Source of the DNA: Azolla caroliniana | Taxonomy: Eukaryota > Plantae > Polypodiophyta | NCBI GenBank assembly: GCA_043228905.1 | Contig: JBHGNT010000012.1 | Location: 11,594,001-11,658,000, forward strand | Reading direction: 5' to 3' | Length of the DNA stretch: 64,000 nt | Translations under genes and position numbers: made by a program | The notes under the pieces: model-generated | Seen by the model: the letters and a program-made list of their open reading frames with translations, nothing else | The model's database searches: none | What the model was told of the DNA's origin: nothing | Shown here: positions 46,053-60,900 of the stretch, piece after piece | Position numbering within the stretch: the stretch's first letter is position 1 | Layout of the letters: every line of letters begins with the position of its first letter

Positions 46053-49000
46053 GCACAAAGGGAACGTTATATTCCAATAGCAATAGTTACAAAGAATGAC
46101 AACCAACCGACCTTTTCTAAAGGTTACAAAGTCACTTTATATAGTGACTGTCCTAGGGCAACTGCCCTTTATGCTATTTACAGAAATAGCCCAAACTTGG
46201 GCTGTCCAAAGGGACAGTGTGAATACGGCCATTATACACTCGTATTCAACACTCCCCCGTAATGGGCGTATACATGGGTTATCTAAAAAAATACAGGTAT
46301 ATACAAGGTTTATCGGACAGATCGGTTTTGTTAGAGTCGGCAAGATCCGAAGATAGAAGACCGAACCAGTCAGGTCGGAAGAGCTAAAGCTGATCCTCAA
46401 AGAACTGATGTCGGTGGTCCGAAACCATCTTGTGATGTGTGTCCAACTTTAACCGGACCGATTTTTCGTTACGCTCATCTGGTGCCGAAGGGACCGGAAA
46501 CGATCCGCCGAAAGACACTTGGTCATTCCATCTACGACATTATCTGTTGTGGATATTTTCTCTAGACCGATTTTCCCTGAAATGACGCAGTCCCGAACGA
46601 AGTGATATCGAATGTCGATATGCTTGGAGGCATTGTGGTGAACCGGATTCTTTGACAAAGCAACAACACCCTGACTGTCGATGTAGACAACTAGAGTCGA
46701 GTCGAGGTCGACCTGTCGAAACGTGTGCGCCAGCCGACCGAGCCATAAGGCTTCTTTTGCCGCGTCGGACGTAGCTACATATTCTGCTTCGGTTGTTGAG
46801 GTGGCTGTGCACTCCTGAAGTTTCGACTTCCACGAGATTGCTCCATTGCCAAATTTGAAACAATATCTGGTTGTTGATTTCCAACTGTCCACGCAGCCGG
46901 CGAAGTCCGAGTCAGTGTAATCGACTACGCTTCAGGTTGAGTTCAGGCCAAAAAGAATGTCATGGTCTTTTGAGCCAGCTAGATATCTGAACACATGCTT
47001 GACTGCGTTCCAGTGCGATCGGCCTGGGTTGTGCATGAATTTGCTGACGACTCCTACGGCGTGAGAAATATCAGGCCGTGTCATGACCATCGCATACATG
47101 AGGGAGCCGACTGCCGGTGCATACGGTACCGACTTCATATCTTCCCCCTCCAGATCAGATGTCGGGCAATCTTGCTGAGACAGCCGAAGGTTGATGGGGA
47201 GCAAGGTCGAAGCAGACTTGGCCGAGTGCATGTTGAAGCGTTTCAAGACACGTCCGATGTAGTCGGTTTGAGACAAGAAAAGTTGTCGTTTATCGCGATG
47301 CCGACAAATCTTCATACCAAGTATGTGTCTTGCCGGACCGAGGTCCTTTATGGCAAACTTCAACCGCAGTTTCCGAACGAATTTAGTGAGTTCTCCGGCA
47401 TGCCGACCGGAGAGTAGCATGTCGTTCACGTAGATGATTGTAGATGATGAGGAAGACAGGAGACCCTTCTTGAGCTACTTTGGTGAAGAGACAGTGGTCC
47501 TCATCGCTCTTTGAGAAACCGACCGAGTGGATGAAGTCGTCGAACTTCTTGTACCACTGTCGGGGTGCCTGTTTCAGGCCGTAGAGACTCTTCCTGAATC
47601 GGCAAACTAGATGTTCCTAGCCGGATGCCACAAAGCCTTTCGGCTACTCCATATAGATTTCCTCCTGTAGGTCACTGTGGAGGAATGTTGTTTTTACATC
47701 TAGCTGAATCAACTCTAAGTTGTCGGCGGCCACGACGCCAAGCATGAAACAAAGGGTCGTCATTTTCACCACTTGTGAAAAGATTTCGTCGAAGTTGACG
47801 CCATATTCTTGTCTAAATCCCCTCGCAACTAATCTGGCCTTGTACTTTGGGTTGGTCGAGTCGGACGTCTCTTTTAGTCGATAGACCCACTTACATGGAA
47901 GAGCATGTTGATTCTTCGGTAATTCGACCAAGTCCCAAGTCTTGTTTGCTTGAATGGAGCGCATTTCCGACTCCATCGCCAGATGCCATGTGGCTGAATC
48001 GGCAGATGTCGATGCTTCTTCGTAAAATGTCGGTTCGCCGATGTCGGTAAAGAAAATTCTAGGAGAGTACCTCTCCGGAGGTTGCGACAGTCTCTCGGAT
48101 CTACGAGGTATGACTGGACTAGTCGCACCGGGTGTTAATGTCGGATGGTCGGAAGCCGAGTCACTCGGCTCTGCTGAATCGGTGGATTCAGTGTGGGAGG
48201 TGTCGGTTACCCGTAAAACCGATCTCGTGTTGTGGGCTGGGCCTTCATGAAGGGTGGGCACTTCGGAAAATATTACCCTTCGGACTTCAATAGGCCTTTC
48301 GGCCGTTTTATGCATAGCCAACTCGTTGAACACGATGTCTGAACTTCGGACGATTTGTTTGTGCTCGGGGTCCCAAAGTCGGTATCTGATCTCGCCGTCG
48401 GGTCCATATCCAAGGAAAACACATTTCCTTGATCTTGGTTCAAGTATCCGGCGGTCGTTTTTCGGTATGAGGGCATACGCCTCGCAGCCGAAGATCCTCA
48501 GCTTGTCATAATTCGGCTTACTACCGGTCCATGTTTCCTGAGGTATTTTAAGTCCTAGAGGTCTACTTGGCGACATATTTATTATGTGTACTGCCATAAG
48601 TAGAGCCTCCGCCCAGAAGCCATCCGACAGTCCGAAGTGTTGGAGCATGGATACTATGCGTTCTTGAATCATCCGATTCATGCATTCTGCAATTCCGTTC
48701 TGCTCCGGACTATAAGGTGTCGTATATTCACGTCGAATGCCACGTTCCCGGCAAAATTTTACGAATTCTTCAAAGTTGAATTCTCCTCCATTGTCGATTC
48801 GAAGACATTTCAGTTTCCGATCGGTCTGATTTTCGACCATTGCAAGCCATTCGGAGAAGATCGAGAACACCCTATCTTTGGTTCTGATGGGGTAAGCCTA
48901 CACCTTCTGAGTCAAGTCGTCAATAAAATTGACGAAGTACGAAGCACCGCCGAGAGACTGATGTGGCATCGGGCCACAAACGTCCCAGTGGACCAAATCG

Positions 49001-51254
49001 AGGGGACTCGATTCTCTTGGTGCTGATGTCAGGTGTGATGTGGCTACTTGTTTGCCGTATTGGCAATGCTCGTAGAATTGGTGATTCAAGAAGGAGAGTT
49101 TGGGGATGTAACCAGCTCTGGATAGTTGCGTTATGCCAGCCTTGCTGAGGTGTCCAACTCGTCTGCGCCATAACGATGACATGGGGATATCAACCAAAAA
49201 TAAGTCACCCTCTTTGAGTGTGACATATAAAGGATACAAGGAATGTACCTTTGGTCCTCGAGCAAGCAGGAGGTTCCCTTTGTGGAGTGTCCACCCTCCT
49301 GTTGAGAACCCGGCACAGATGCCGGCTTCGTCAAGTTGTCCGACTGAGATCAAGGGTCTTGAAAGCTCAGGATCGTGTTGGACGTTGTGTAGTACGAGTG
49401 TGGAACCACCCAGAAGGTTGAGCTCTACGGTGCCGATTTTGATTATAGCACAATGCTACGAGTTTCCGACTCGAACTGAGTCGGAGTGTCGGTCCGAGTA
49501 TTGCCAAAACTGAGATTGGTGAGGTGTCACATGATACGATGCGCCCGAGTCCAGGAGCCATGTGCTCGATTCCTCGATCATAAGCAGAACTTCTTATTCG
49601 ATTGGGTTCTCTATGGACAGTATGTTCGGGTCGGTCATCAAAATTTCGGCTAAAGAGCCGACGTAGTTGACCTCCTCATGCCGGCTACTCTTCTGATCCG
49701 CTCTCTGAGCTTTGTCGGTTTTTGCTTTGAGTGCCCGACAGTCAGCTTTGATGTGTCTCGGTTTCTTGCAGTAGTTGCAGATTCAGTTGTCTCGGGACTT
49801 GATCCGACTTCGCTGATTGTTCGGCGGTCGGGAATAACTTCTTCCCCGGTTGTTCGATCGGTCGGTTGAACCTTGTACTACGTAAGCTTCATCTGCCAAG
49901 TCTTTGGTGAAAGACTTTCCCTGAGCTGCTTCAGTCAGGATTGCGCTCATGACTTCGGAGTACTTAACAGCAACTGTTGAAGCATTGCATGTCACGGTTG
50001 TAACGAAAGCTTCCCATGAAGAGGGGAGACTATTTATGAGTATCATTGCTCTGAGTTCATCCTCGATTGCTGTCCCCTGAGACGAGAGTTGGGAGCTTAT
50101 GCTTTCTTACTCGTTGAGGTGTGCCTGAACCGGATCAGATTCTTTCATCCGCAAGTTGTAGAGGCGCCAGATTGGATACATCTTCGTTGCCGCGACCTTC
50201 TTTTCATACGTTTCGGATAATGTTTTCCAAAGTTCAAAAGTTGTCGAGCATGATTGCACTATGAAGTACATTGACTCCGACAAGTGCATCCGAATCATGG
50301 TGCGGACAATTCTGTCCAGCTTTAGCCACTCGTTTGCCTTGTATGCTTTTGGAGGATTTTCATTCTCAATCGGGTCTATCTGACCCTTGACTATGAGATA
50401 GTCCTGCATTTGTTCCTTCAAGAAGTTGAAGTTCAAACCGTTGAACCTCCTTAGACTCATTTTCGATGAGCCGGATGTTGATGCCATCTGATTCGGTTTC
50501 GGTTGGGAAGACACGGTTCGGAGTTGACTACGAACCTTAGTGGGGTGCAGCCGGTCGGCTCACCCGATATCGTTCTAGTCAATTTTGAACCAGAGTTGGT
50601 TTGGTTTCGGATACTTGTTGCTGAACTTTGCTCGGAGTGACTCCGGTAACTTGAGGGATAGAACCGGCTGGTCTTCCTGAATGTTGCCGAGTCGGAGTGA
50701 GCCCGGTCAGCTTCCGATTGTATGCCGAATACCGATTACAAAAAACCGATTGTTTGGGCCGATTCTGCTTCGGATGACTGCAGCGAAGAGAGGGACGGAT
50801 CCAACCGATCCTTGCAAATATCGATCAGCTGAATGAAGCATGAATTTGGTTGTTTCCAGGAGACCAATCTACAGCGGGTGGTTACAACAAGCGGGTGAAT
50901 AGCATCCGGTGACCTATTCGGATGTCGTTTAACCGAATGAAGCACGATTGGGTCGGGTGTTGCACAAGGAGCTCACCTCAAGTGGTTACAGACACAGGAA
51001 CAGAGTATGACCGGCTAGCTTACTCCAATTAGTGATTTAACACAGTGAGATGCAAACTTCTTGTTTGTCTTCTCTCTTCTCTGTTCTTCAAGAAGTTACA
51101 AAAACAGAATGTTGTGGTGTACAATGATAGCTGGCAGCGGGTTGAAGAACCCCCAACGCTCTGACACCAAATGTTGGGCACAAGGCCATCAATGCGGAAG
51201 TGCAAGTAACATTCGTGATGAAGAAGAACCTGTGTATGCGCATAAGCAAGATAA

Positions 51255-51300
<46 letters not shown>

Positions 51301-51499
51301 GCACAAAGGAAACGTTATATTCCAATAGCAACAGTTACAAAGAATGACAAACAACCGACCTTTTCTAAAGGTTACAAAGTCACTTTATATAGTGACTGTC
51401 CTAGGGCAACTACCCTTTATGCTATTTACAGGAATAGCCCAAACTTGGGTTGTCCAAAGGGACAGTGTGAAGACGGCCATTATAGACTCGTATTCGACA
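45922..51499 (-). mobile_element. Full-length but decayed Ty1/copia 'D'
   Basis: LTRs 45922-46251 and 51172-51499 (roughly 5% diverged by eye); TSD CCGGC; PBS TGGTGTCAGAGC 51169-51158; PPT next to 46252; fragmented gag-PR-IN-RT-RH at 50514-46449. Confidence 0.93.
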
Positions 51500-51924
51500 C
51501 CGGCGACCAGGACCTCTATCGGATGAAGAGAAACAACGTCATCGAGCAAATCGACTATGCTTATATTGTGGAGGTCCGGGACATATCGCCATTCACTGCC
51601 CGCATAGACCGAGACGTCAAGTACATCACATTAACTATGATAATAGAAATGAGTCTAACATTGTTGAAACTGTGCCAACTAGTGTTTCTAGTAATCAAAC
51701 TCTATCCAATAAGTTTGAGGTCCTAAGCCAAATAGAGGAGTCAAACGAATAAGTCCGGACAAAATTGGAGCCATTTGGTTAGACAGTCCTAGATATGTAC
51801 AACCTAGTGTCAGTTTCATCTCTTCCAAGTATATTAGTAGAGTTTTCTCAACCCAAGTACAAGTTAGGACACCAAGTTGTCAACTTCATGTCCCAACTCT
51901 CTTACATACCGGAGCCAATTTTTG

Positions 51925-52185
51925 TTTCATGGATAGAGATTTTGCCCGAAAACATCAAATGCCCTTGCATAAACTTCCTGACCCAGTTTCCATAGTAGTG
52001 ATTGATGGTCGTCCCATAGCTTTTGGAAAGATATTCGAGGAGTCTGAGCCGATACACATACTCTTAGGTGATTTAGGGTGTGTAGTTTCCTTTAATATAA
52101 TCCGTAGCCCTGAGCATCCAATAGTCCTTGGTTTGCCGTGGTTCCAGCTACACAACCCAATAATTGATTGGAGACGATGAGAAAT
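51925..52185 (+). pseudogene. Tcn1-like protease fragment related to the element at 10343-16061
   Basis: MDRDFARKHQ..VIDGRPIA..PEHPIVLGLPWF..IDWR aligns with the pol N-terminus. Confidence 0.88.
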
Positions 52186-52239
52186 TAGGTGCCCTTCAAA
52201 AGGAAACATAGTAGTCAAGGGTCGAACCCAGGATCCTCG

Positions 52240-53740
52240 CTGGCCCTTTACTAGTCTTCCCGGTTCTGGATTTTTCCGATCCTTCTGCATAGTGCGAGCT
52301 TTGCCGGTTTTCCCGACTGGCCTTGCCGGATCCGGATTTGTCCGAATCGACACGCTTCTTCCAGCACTCGCTTTCCCTGTGGCCCTTTTTGCCACAATAC
52401 CAGCATTCCGTGTCGGTTTTTCCTTGCCGGCTTCCGGTGCCGCTTTGGCTCCCCCTAGTTGTGGAGGGTCCGGAACTGCTTTCGGCACTACTTCTGTGCC
52501 TCCGGTCCTGCTCTTGTCAGCCGTCTCCATTGCGTGCCGACCCACCTCATCCACCACGTCCATGGGGCCGATCCGTCTCCGTGTACAACATCCAATCGTC
52601 CGATTGAGTGGTCCTCGACCCACTCGCGTGGTTTTCTTCGATCATTAGCATCGATTGCAAGTCAAAGAAAGTCGGTGGCTTCTCCCGAGTGCAGATCGTT
52701 GTCTGGATTGGCCCGTACCTTTGCGCTAGACCACCAAGGCAAATTTGTACCATCTCGTCCTCGTCCACCATCACGTTGATGGACACGAGTGCGTCACAAA
52801 TATCCTTTATCTTGTTGGTGTAATCCGTAACAAACATGTCTCTTTGCCAGATGTTGTTGAACTCTTGCCGAAGTTGCAACTTACAGGATGTGGTACTCGT
52901 GGCGAAAATCTTCCTCAGATTTCCCCAGGCCTCCTTCGGCATTTTTGCATCCTTTATGTAGTCGAGTATTTGGTCGTGCACACAGGACGTGAGGCGGTAC
53001 AATACTCGGTCGCTCCTTGCTCCCATACTGGGATGTCCTCATGTGCCGACTTCGGCGCTACCTCGTTCCTTCCTTCCACGAAGCTCCAATATTCGTGCCC
53101 CAGCAGGTACTGGTGCATCTTGTATGACCAGGACACGTAGTTGCTCTAGTTGAGCTTCTCTATTGGAAATGAACTTGCCATTCCTCTGTCCATATCTTCT
53201 CTCTGTCTATTGTTACCGGGTTCTAGGGTTCGTCTACAAAAAGAAGTATCGATTGCAGAGGTTCTCAACCCTCGCGCTCTGATACCATGTGAATGTTAAC
53301 GTGCGGAATCGTTAGACAGAACGGGCTCAGCCAGATAGCAACAGAGAATAAGATGAAGGTTTGATGGAGAAGCTTAATACACAGAGAGTATACGCGTGGG
53401 AGAGACAGAGAGAGCAGAACATAAATGTAGATTCAAAATAAAAAATACTCTGTAACTCCGTACATACAACGTGCTAAACAACACTATTTATACAAGTTCA
53501 TAAAGGACTGACATAAGTACTGACAGGTACTTCAATATTCCTACGTGCGACTGGCACTAACTACGAGACAATGATTACCTAGTAGTCTAGGCTATTACTA
53601 GGTTTCTGGTTCCCGCTCGAATTCGTCTCCCCGATCTGGCCGGTTGTTTCCGAATACTGATCCGGCTCATCCTTCCAGATGCCAATCCGGCTCATGCTTA
53701 TTCAGCCAATCCGGATCCGGTTAAGCTTGCTCGCTGAACA
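52240..53740 (-). mobile_element. Ty1/copia 5' fragment (LTR from 53288, PBS 53276-53287, degenerate gag), family of Copia A
   Basis: PBS TGGTATCAGAGC; SWSYKMHQYL and EAWGNLRKIF motifs; zinc knuckle; far LTR boundary approximate. Confidence 0.85.
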
Positions 53741-53744
53741 TATA

Positions 53745-53920
53745 TCTTAGTATATTATTATTAGATTATCTATTTCAAGTTCTAGGAGTTTTTAGAAAGT
53801 TCTAGAATTAGAAGGTTCTAAAGGGTTCTAGAATATTCTAATGCATGTACTTCAACTCGTAGTATAAATACTTGTAACCTCCTTAGTCCCTTTCAAGGGA
53901 TTCAACGACAGTCATTGACA
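53745..53920 (+). promoter_or_regulatory. LTR promoter fragment with HSE-like array and TATA box
   Basis: aGAAa gTTCt aGAAt ... gTTCt aGAAt aTTCt followed by TATAAATA near 53863. Confidence 0.5.
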
Positions 53921-53929
53921 TATCAATCT

Positions 53930-55700
53930 AGTATTCTCGTTTTGCCCCATCTTGTCTCCTTAATCTTTATCTTTGTCTTCATGCTCTTGTGTTGTTCCAA
54001 GCTTCCTAAGTTACATGCTCTTAGTCCCATCATCCGTGCTTCGTCCGAGTCAGCAATTTGTGTGTCATGACATTTCCTAACAGTGGCCTGGATAATAGTT
54101 TCCCTATCCAATGATTGTCAAAGTTCTGCTCGCAACCGATTGATCTCCATCTCGAGGGTGGTTGTCGTCTTTTTCATTTTCTCCGTTATAGCTTGCTAGG
54201 CTTCTAGATCTTGCAATTCGGTTGTCGACGGCCCAACTATGTGGGCACTATCGACTGCTTCCCTAGTTTCCCGCAATTGTTGCACTAATTGTTGGATTAT
54301 CGCTCGAGCTTCCTGCAACTGTTGTGCGGTATCCGCAGCTGCCTTTCTCGCCCAATTGCTCTTCTAAGCCTGTTGTAGTTTCCCGATGAGTGTCATCTTG
54401 GCTGTTGATACCTGAGTGGCAGTCTATGTGGATCAGTCATCAGTTTCGATGTTGCTCCCGCATTTTTAGCCACTCCTTGGCCGTTCTTCCTATTGATTCG
54501 TCGGCACTTTGCTTGTGAGCTTCGCTCTCCCTCCTACTTCTGCTTGTCTCCATGTTAGCGGATAGTGTTGTTGGCATGTCGCGGCAAGTTTGTCGGCCGG
54601 ATGACCTCCTCCTCCCATTCTAGATGCCCGATTGGAGATGCATGTTGTTGTCGGTCGATTTCTTCGACGACGCTAAGGACTCGGTTTGTAGGCCTTCGAG
54701 ACGCATCTTCCGCTCTAACTATGGCGGTTGTGTTGAGGGCGGTCTAGCACCGATGTTGTTGGGATTGCAGACGCTGGAGGAAATAGTATTGTCAAATACT
54801 ATGCAATGATCGGCAGGAACTTTTTCCCGGCCTGCAAGGCAAGGATGCCTGCTCATAAGGCCGCTCCTGTGAAAAACTCCCAATCGATCACAATGCCTTG
54901 GTAGGTCGCTATAAATAGTTTGGCCTTGTGTTTTGGCATCCTGTAAGACTTGGGATGAACACTAGAGATTTCTAACAGGAACTTTACGATGTCCCAGAAA
55001 AAGACATCAGGACCCAACTATGCCTTGTATGCCTTGGCAGTGGTTGAGTACTCATCAAAATACTTCTCTAGGACCTCAAAGGGCGGGATGTGAAATTTCC
55101 ATTCAGCAATTCAGCCCCAACTTTTTTCAAATCGTGTCACTGGTGAGGGCATCTACCTAGATCTGCATTCCCACTTCTCTAGCATTCGGGTTCCAAAAGT
55201 GTTACCAGCTTATGGTAACATGGTGCCGGATACTCGTTCCTTTGGTATCCGGCTGAAGGTCTTGTGGTAGGGAGATGATGGTATAGACAAGTTCTCTACC
55301 TTAGCAAAACCTAACACGCATACGAGTATGATTACTTGTCTCACTGCGAATAAAACTACCATGATTGTGGAGACTAGGACCCAAGCTGGCTACAACCGAC
55401 TAGTTACGTGCACGATACATAGAGCACTTAAAGACACTCAACACAGATAAGACTCTCGACACAAAGATAGAGACAAAGTATAAGCAAATCAATTTTCTAT
55501 TAGCATACACAACTTAGTACATTGTTATATTCAATTACCCTTTACATTCTTCCCATGCCCCTTTTTATAGGGATCATGGGTAGTTATGTTTAGAACGTGA
55601 ACCACCACTACTTATAATATTTTGTGCCATTTAGTTACTCCTCGTCCGGCCCCACCCGTCCCGTAACCGTCCTTTAGCCTTTTCACACATGGGTCCTCTG
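53930..55700 (-). mobile_element. Probable retrotransposon accessory-ORF relic followed by an LTR-like segment
   Basis: Decayed minus-strand coding-like sequence with coiled-coil-like composition; LTR-like region with minus-strand TATAAAA near 55565. No diagnostic domain. Confidence 0.3.
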
Positions 55701-56679
55701 GACCGGCCAACAATTCAAACCAACGAAGTACGGGAACTGTTGGAGGATTTTGAGGATGATCAACTGCAGTTGTCATTGGAACTAGAAGCTTACAAGCAGG
55801 AGAGAGCTCAACTGGCAAAGCAACATATGGTGGAAAACCAACTGGAGCAAATAAATATTTGCTATGAGGAGCAACTGCCAGTTGGGCCGGAACCAATACT
55901 CATGAAGGAGGAACAATTGAAGAAACGGGTGGAGCAGCCGGTGGAGCTACAACCGCTACAACAATGGAACAAAGAGGAGGAACTGCCACGAGCAACAGAG
56001 GAAGAATAGTTGTTTGACGAGAGTCAATCACAACTTGCGGAAACCCAATAAGACGCGATGGAGGACAGACAACCAAATATTTTGGATATATTGGATGATA
56101 GCTAAGGGCATGTGGGTATGACATGCAAGGCATTGTCCCACCAGCATTCCAAGTGTTGCTCAGAGAATCAGAGTCGAAGGATTGGAGATCCAGAAGATAG
56201 TCGAGAAAGAATGTGAATCCAAATACCGGATAATTAGGAATATTAATAGATACGAAGAGATATTATGTAAAGGGGTGTCGGATCTAGAAGGATATACGGG
56301 TTCAGATGGACACCATTTTGTGTCAGAACTAGCTACTGATATAAGGAGTCCAGATTGTATAGTTCTTATGCGCAAGTGATCTAATATAATTGGAATATTT
56401 GTGTACTTGCCATCTTGTGTACTTGAATGTTTTACCTTATGGGTGAGTGTATTAATGTTTGTTGTTTGATTTGTATATGTTGCCCCGATTGTGGGATTGT
56501 ATATGTGGATTAATACCATACGTCTGACCACACCTTTGGATTGTATTCCGGTTCGGAGTACTTATGTGTTTGTGACTAAGATCTAGTCCAGGATAAACAT
56601 TGACAAAAAGTCCAACAACCAACTTTGAATCGGCTAAAAGATTGTCTAGAGCCCAATTCGCTAAAGTGACCATTGGTCA

Positions 56680-57915
56680 ATATGAGCCAGCCAACATACG
56701 AACAACATGGTCAATCACTCCCGAAGAAGAGGATTATCCAACAACAACGCATGACAATTGCGAGAGCAAATCATCTCAACAGACTCCTTACAACGACGGT
56801 TCAAAGCATGCCAATCGGTCGGACACGCCAATTGAAGAATCCAAATCAACCACATCTGCACCACCAAGATCCAAACGAGTCCGAAAGCCGATAGAGATAT
56901 ATCAACTAGGCGTGGACGATGTCAACTACATGAATGCAAGCCAACCAAGCTCCTACGAGGAAGCAATCACCGCACCAAACGCCAACACATGGCAACAAGC
57001 CATGAGATCCAAGATGGTCTCAATTAGAGAGAACGACACATGGGAGTTGGTTGAACTACAATCTGGAAGGAAGCCGCTACCCTACAAGTGGTTCTACTGA
57101 TACAAATATGTATCCGGTTCGGATAAATCCAAGTACAAAGCTCGGCTAGTCGCCAAGGGATTCAAACAAGAATACGGTGTCGACTACAACGAGATAATAT
57201 TCTCTCCGGTAGTCAAGGTGACAACCCTTCGGCTCCTACTCAAATTCGTGGCGATAGAGGGCCTAAAGCTCGAACAATTGGATGTGAAAATGGTATTCCT
57301 CCATGGAGACCTCGAAGAAGACATATATATGTCGCAACCGGCAGGCTTTACGGCAATTGAGGAGCAAGATCACCTCATTTCTCGGCTAAATAAGAGCCTT
57401 TGCAACCTAAATCAAGCGCCAAGAATGTGGTATCAGATATGTGATACCTACATCTGGCAGCTTGGATGTGGTCATTCGTACTTCAACCCATCCATGTACA
57501 TCCGGAAACTGGCCAACAAGTCCCGGATCTAGCTGATCATTTACATCGATGACATGCTCATCGTCGGTAGTGACAGAGTAGAGGTCGGAAAGCTGAAACA
57601 GACCTCTCATGAGAAATTCCCAATGAATGAACTCAGACAAGCCCAACATATACTAGGCATGAGGATAGAGAGAAATCAGACTGAAAAGATCCTTCGGCTC
57701 TCCCAATCCAACTACATCCGAAAGGTGCTAAGGCACTTCAATATGGAGAGCATGAAGTTGGCATCGACACCGCATCCGACATCGCATCGACTATCGGATA
57801 GAGACTATACATCCACAGAAGAGGAGAGAAATCCCATGAGTAGAATACCGTATGCATCGGCCATAGGAAGTCTTATGTATGCAATGGTGGGGACCCGATC
57901 AGACCTTGCTTACGT
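56680..57915 (+). pseudogene. Ty1/copia RT fragment
   Basis: SIRENDTWELVEL, QLDVKMVFLHGDLEEDIYM, YIDDML, PYASAIGSLMYAM. Confidence 0.9.
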
Positions 57916-60900
57916 TGATCAGACAATGCTTCTTGGGACGCAGTCGGTGTGTCTTATCAAACCGAATCTTATTCTTCACGCGGGCTGTCTCCATTATCTT
58001 TCGCGCATTCTCTAGGTCTTTGTGTCTTCTTTCGAGTTGCCTAATTCGTGCCGCCAATAATTCTTCCCGGCTCATCTCATTCTCCCATGGTATTGCTACC
58101 CATGAGGCGATCCTCCTCTCGATGGGCATTACTAGTTTATGTCCATACATGAGCTCTGTTGGCATATAGCCTGTCACGGAACTGTGCGTAGTTCTATCGG
58201 CCCACAATTCATAGGGCAATAATCGCGGCCAATTCCCAACTCGACCATCGCATGCTCGTACGATGGCTTTGACTATCAGCCCATGCCCTCGCTCGATTTT
58301 CCCATTTGCTTCCGGATTATAGGCAGTTGTGAGGGAGAGGTTTACGCCTAGTCACTCGAAGAGCACCATTGCTTCATGTGCATCTAGCTCTCCTCGGTCG
58401 GCCACTATCTTTCCCACACATCCATATCCGTAGACAACCTCTTCGAGTAGAAATTTGCATACGGTTGTCGTGGTCTTATTTGCTAAGGCTCGTCCTTCTA
58501 CCTGGTTTGTCAGGTCTTCCCTCGCTAGTACCTAGTACTTCATCTATCCCACTCCCATTGGCATCGAGACTAGATCCACCATCCATTTAAAGTGTATGGT
58601 GAGTGGGTATGTTGGTCGCAACCCATCACGGTGACGTACGTTTGAATGTACTTGACAACTTTCGCATGTGGACACGAAATGTAGTACATCTTTATACATG
58701 CTCGGCCACCAATACTTTTCGTTTAGCTTTTCAAATGTTGCCCACGTTCCTCTATGACCTGGCCATGGAATTTCGTGGAATTCAGACATCAACGTTGTTT
58801 GGTCATCTTTCTTCACCACTACTCGTCATGGCATCCCGGCCCTTCTCTTTGGATGCCGCCAGAGGAATCCTCCCTTCAAAACGTACTGGTAAGCTTTCTT
58901 TCGTATTTGTAGAGCCTCCTCCTTCATCCATGAAGCATCTGCCATCATCGTTCTCAAGAATCTGCCGATTAGTAACCACTCCCCTTCATACTCGTTCTCA
59001 TTGAAAGCGTGGAGGGTTGGTGTGACTCTATCTTTTGCCGATAGTTGGGTTGCCTTGAAGAAGTCGAGGGCGACGTTTTCATTTTCTGAAACCATATCAC
59101 TTTCATCCTCGAATCTTACTCTTGACAGCATATCAGCCATGGCATTGTTCTTCCCATCAATGTGGCGGATTTCTGGGTTCAAAGACTTTATATAAGCGAT
59201 CCACCTTAACATAGCCAGATCTGGTGTCGCACATCCGGAGATCATCCCAAGGATTGGGAGGCAATCCGTTTCAATTACCACCTCTGACCCGATCAAGTAG
59301 TCCTTATTTGCTTTTACTGCAGACACGATACCCCAGAGTTCCCGCTTTACTTGGGCGTATCCTCGTTGTCATTCGCTAAGAACCTTTGCTCTGAACCGGA
59401 TGGCATACCATATGCTATCTTCTCCTTCTTGGTTGATGACCCATCCAATTCCCGTTGGACTCGTATTTACCATGATGTAGATGGCTTTCCTTAAAGCTGG
59501 TGCTGCCACCAGTAGCCCTTTTAACCTCTTCATCGCCTTTGTGGGTATTGGTTCCCATATGAATTTTCTCCCTTTTTTCAGTAAGCTATACAAGGGTTCG
59601 GCCACATGAGCATAGTGTGGAATCCAAATGTGGTAGAACGCACATGCTCCTAAGAATCTTCAGACCTCTGTCTGCGTTCCACACTCCTCTCGCATCTCTT
59701 GAATAGCATTCACCTTCTCGGGAGAGGGTTTTCGTCCATATGGTTCACAAAGATGTCCCACTACTAGGATCTCGCATTGGCCAAATGCTGATTTTTCTCC
59801 GGAGAATGTGAGCCCTGCACCTTCTAGTCTTTTTAGCACTCTTCCACAGTCTTTAATATGGTTTGAGACAAATCTTTGACATCCATCTTGATCTAAAGAC
59901 ACGTCCTTCTCTGATTCGGGGCACCCCTTTATAGGGATATCATCGAGGAAAGGCATCGTAATATCTAGGATGCAGTCTCTTAGTACTTTGTTCATGGCAT
60001 TCATCATGTGGGCCACCGAGTTAGTTGCCCCTTGCAGTAATGTACACATTCTTACTAGCCCGATGGGAGTCTGCATCGTTGTGATGTCTCGACTATCCAA
60101 AGACAATTGAAATTGGTCATATCCAGAATACAAGTCTCCAATCGAGTAAATTGACCTTCCTGCAAAAGCTTTAGCAAACTCATCAACACTAGGTCCAATA
60201 CCAACATTACGAATGGTGACCGTGTTTACCGGTTGCAGATCTTGGATAAATCGAAGCGCTCCATTCTTTTTCGGCACTGTGAACCACCTATTTGAATAAG
60301 GCGCATTAGATGGCTCAAGGATTCCCATTCTAATCTTTTCTTTTAACAGCTCCAACAATCTTGGAATGTGAGCTCTTGGAACGGAAATTGGCTTCAAGTT
60401 CCATGGCACATGGGGTATTGTAAAGATAACCATTGGTTCCACAAGCATTGGGTCAACACATCCCCATTTCTCCATTTCCCCAAGAGTATCATCAAATGAT
60501 ATCATCTCCATGTACCCCTTTATTGCCTCTTCCTCGCTTATATTCCCGATTTCTCTAAATTGTTCATCTAGGATTCCTATTTTAATATCTCCTCTATTTA
60601 TGTTGTTAAATTTACACATCCCATTTTCAGAAAACAAGACTTCATTTTCATTAATGGCTTGACAACTTTTATTACACTGAATTGGGGACATAGTTAGATA
60701 TCCCGGACTATTGTTGTCCCTCTCCCTAATAGCCCGAATTAAAAATCCTCCCTAACTTCTTTCCCTAAGCTATGCCTATTTCTTTCATGGTTCGGTCGTA
60801 CCGTGAGGAATTGAACCGAGCTTGTCCCATCTTGACTTCGTATCTGCGCATATGCTAAATCATTATAAGTACCTTTGTCTCCATCCGGGATGCTGTTATG

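Noticed and set aside
45917-51504. Shared CCGG target preference (TSDs CCGGA and CCGGC)
   Set aside because: Only two cases from different superfamilies, and CCGG is so dense in the satellite that the match is uninformative.
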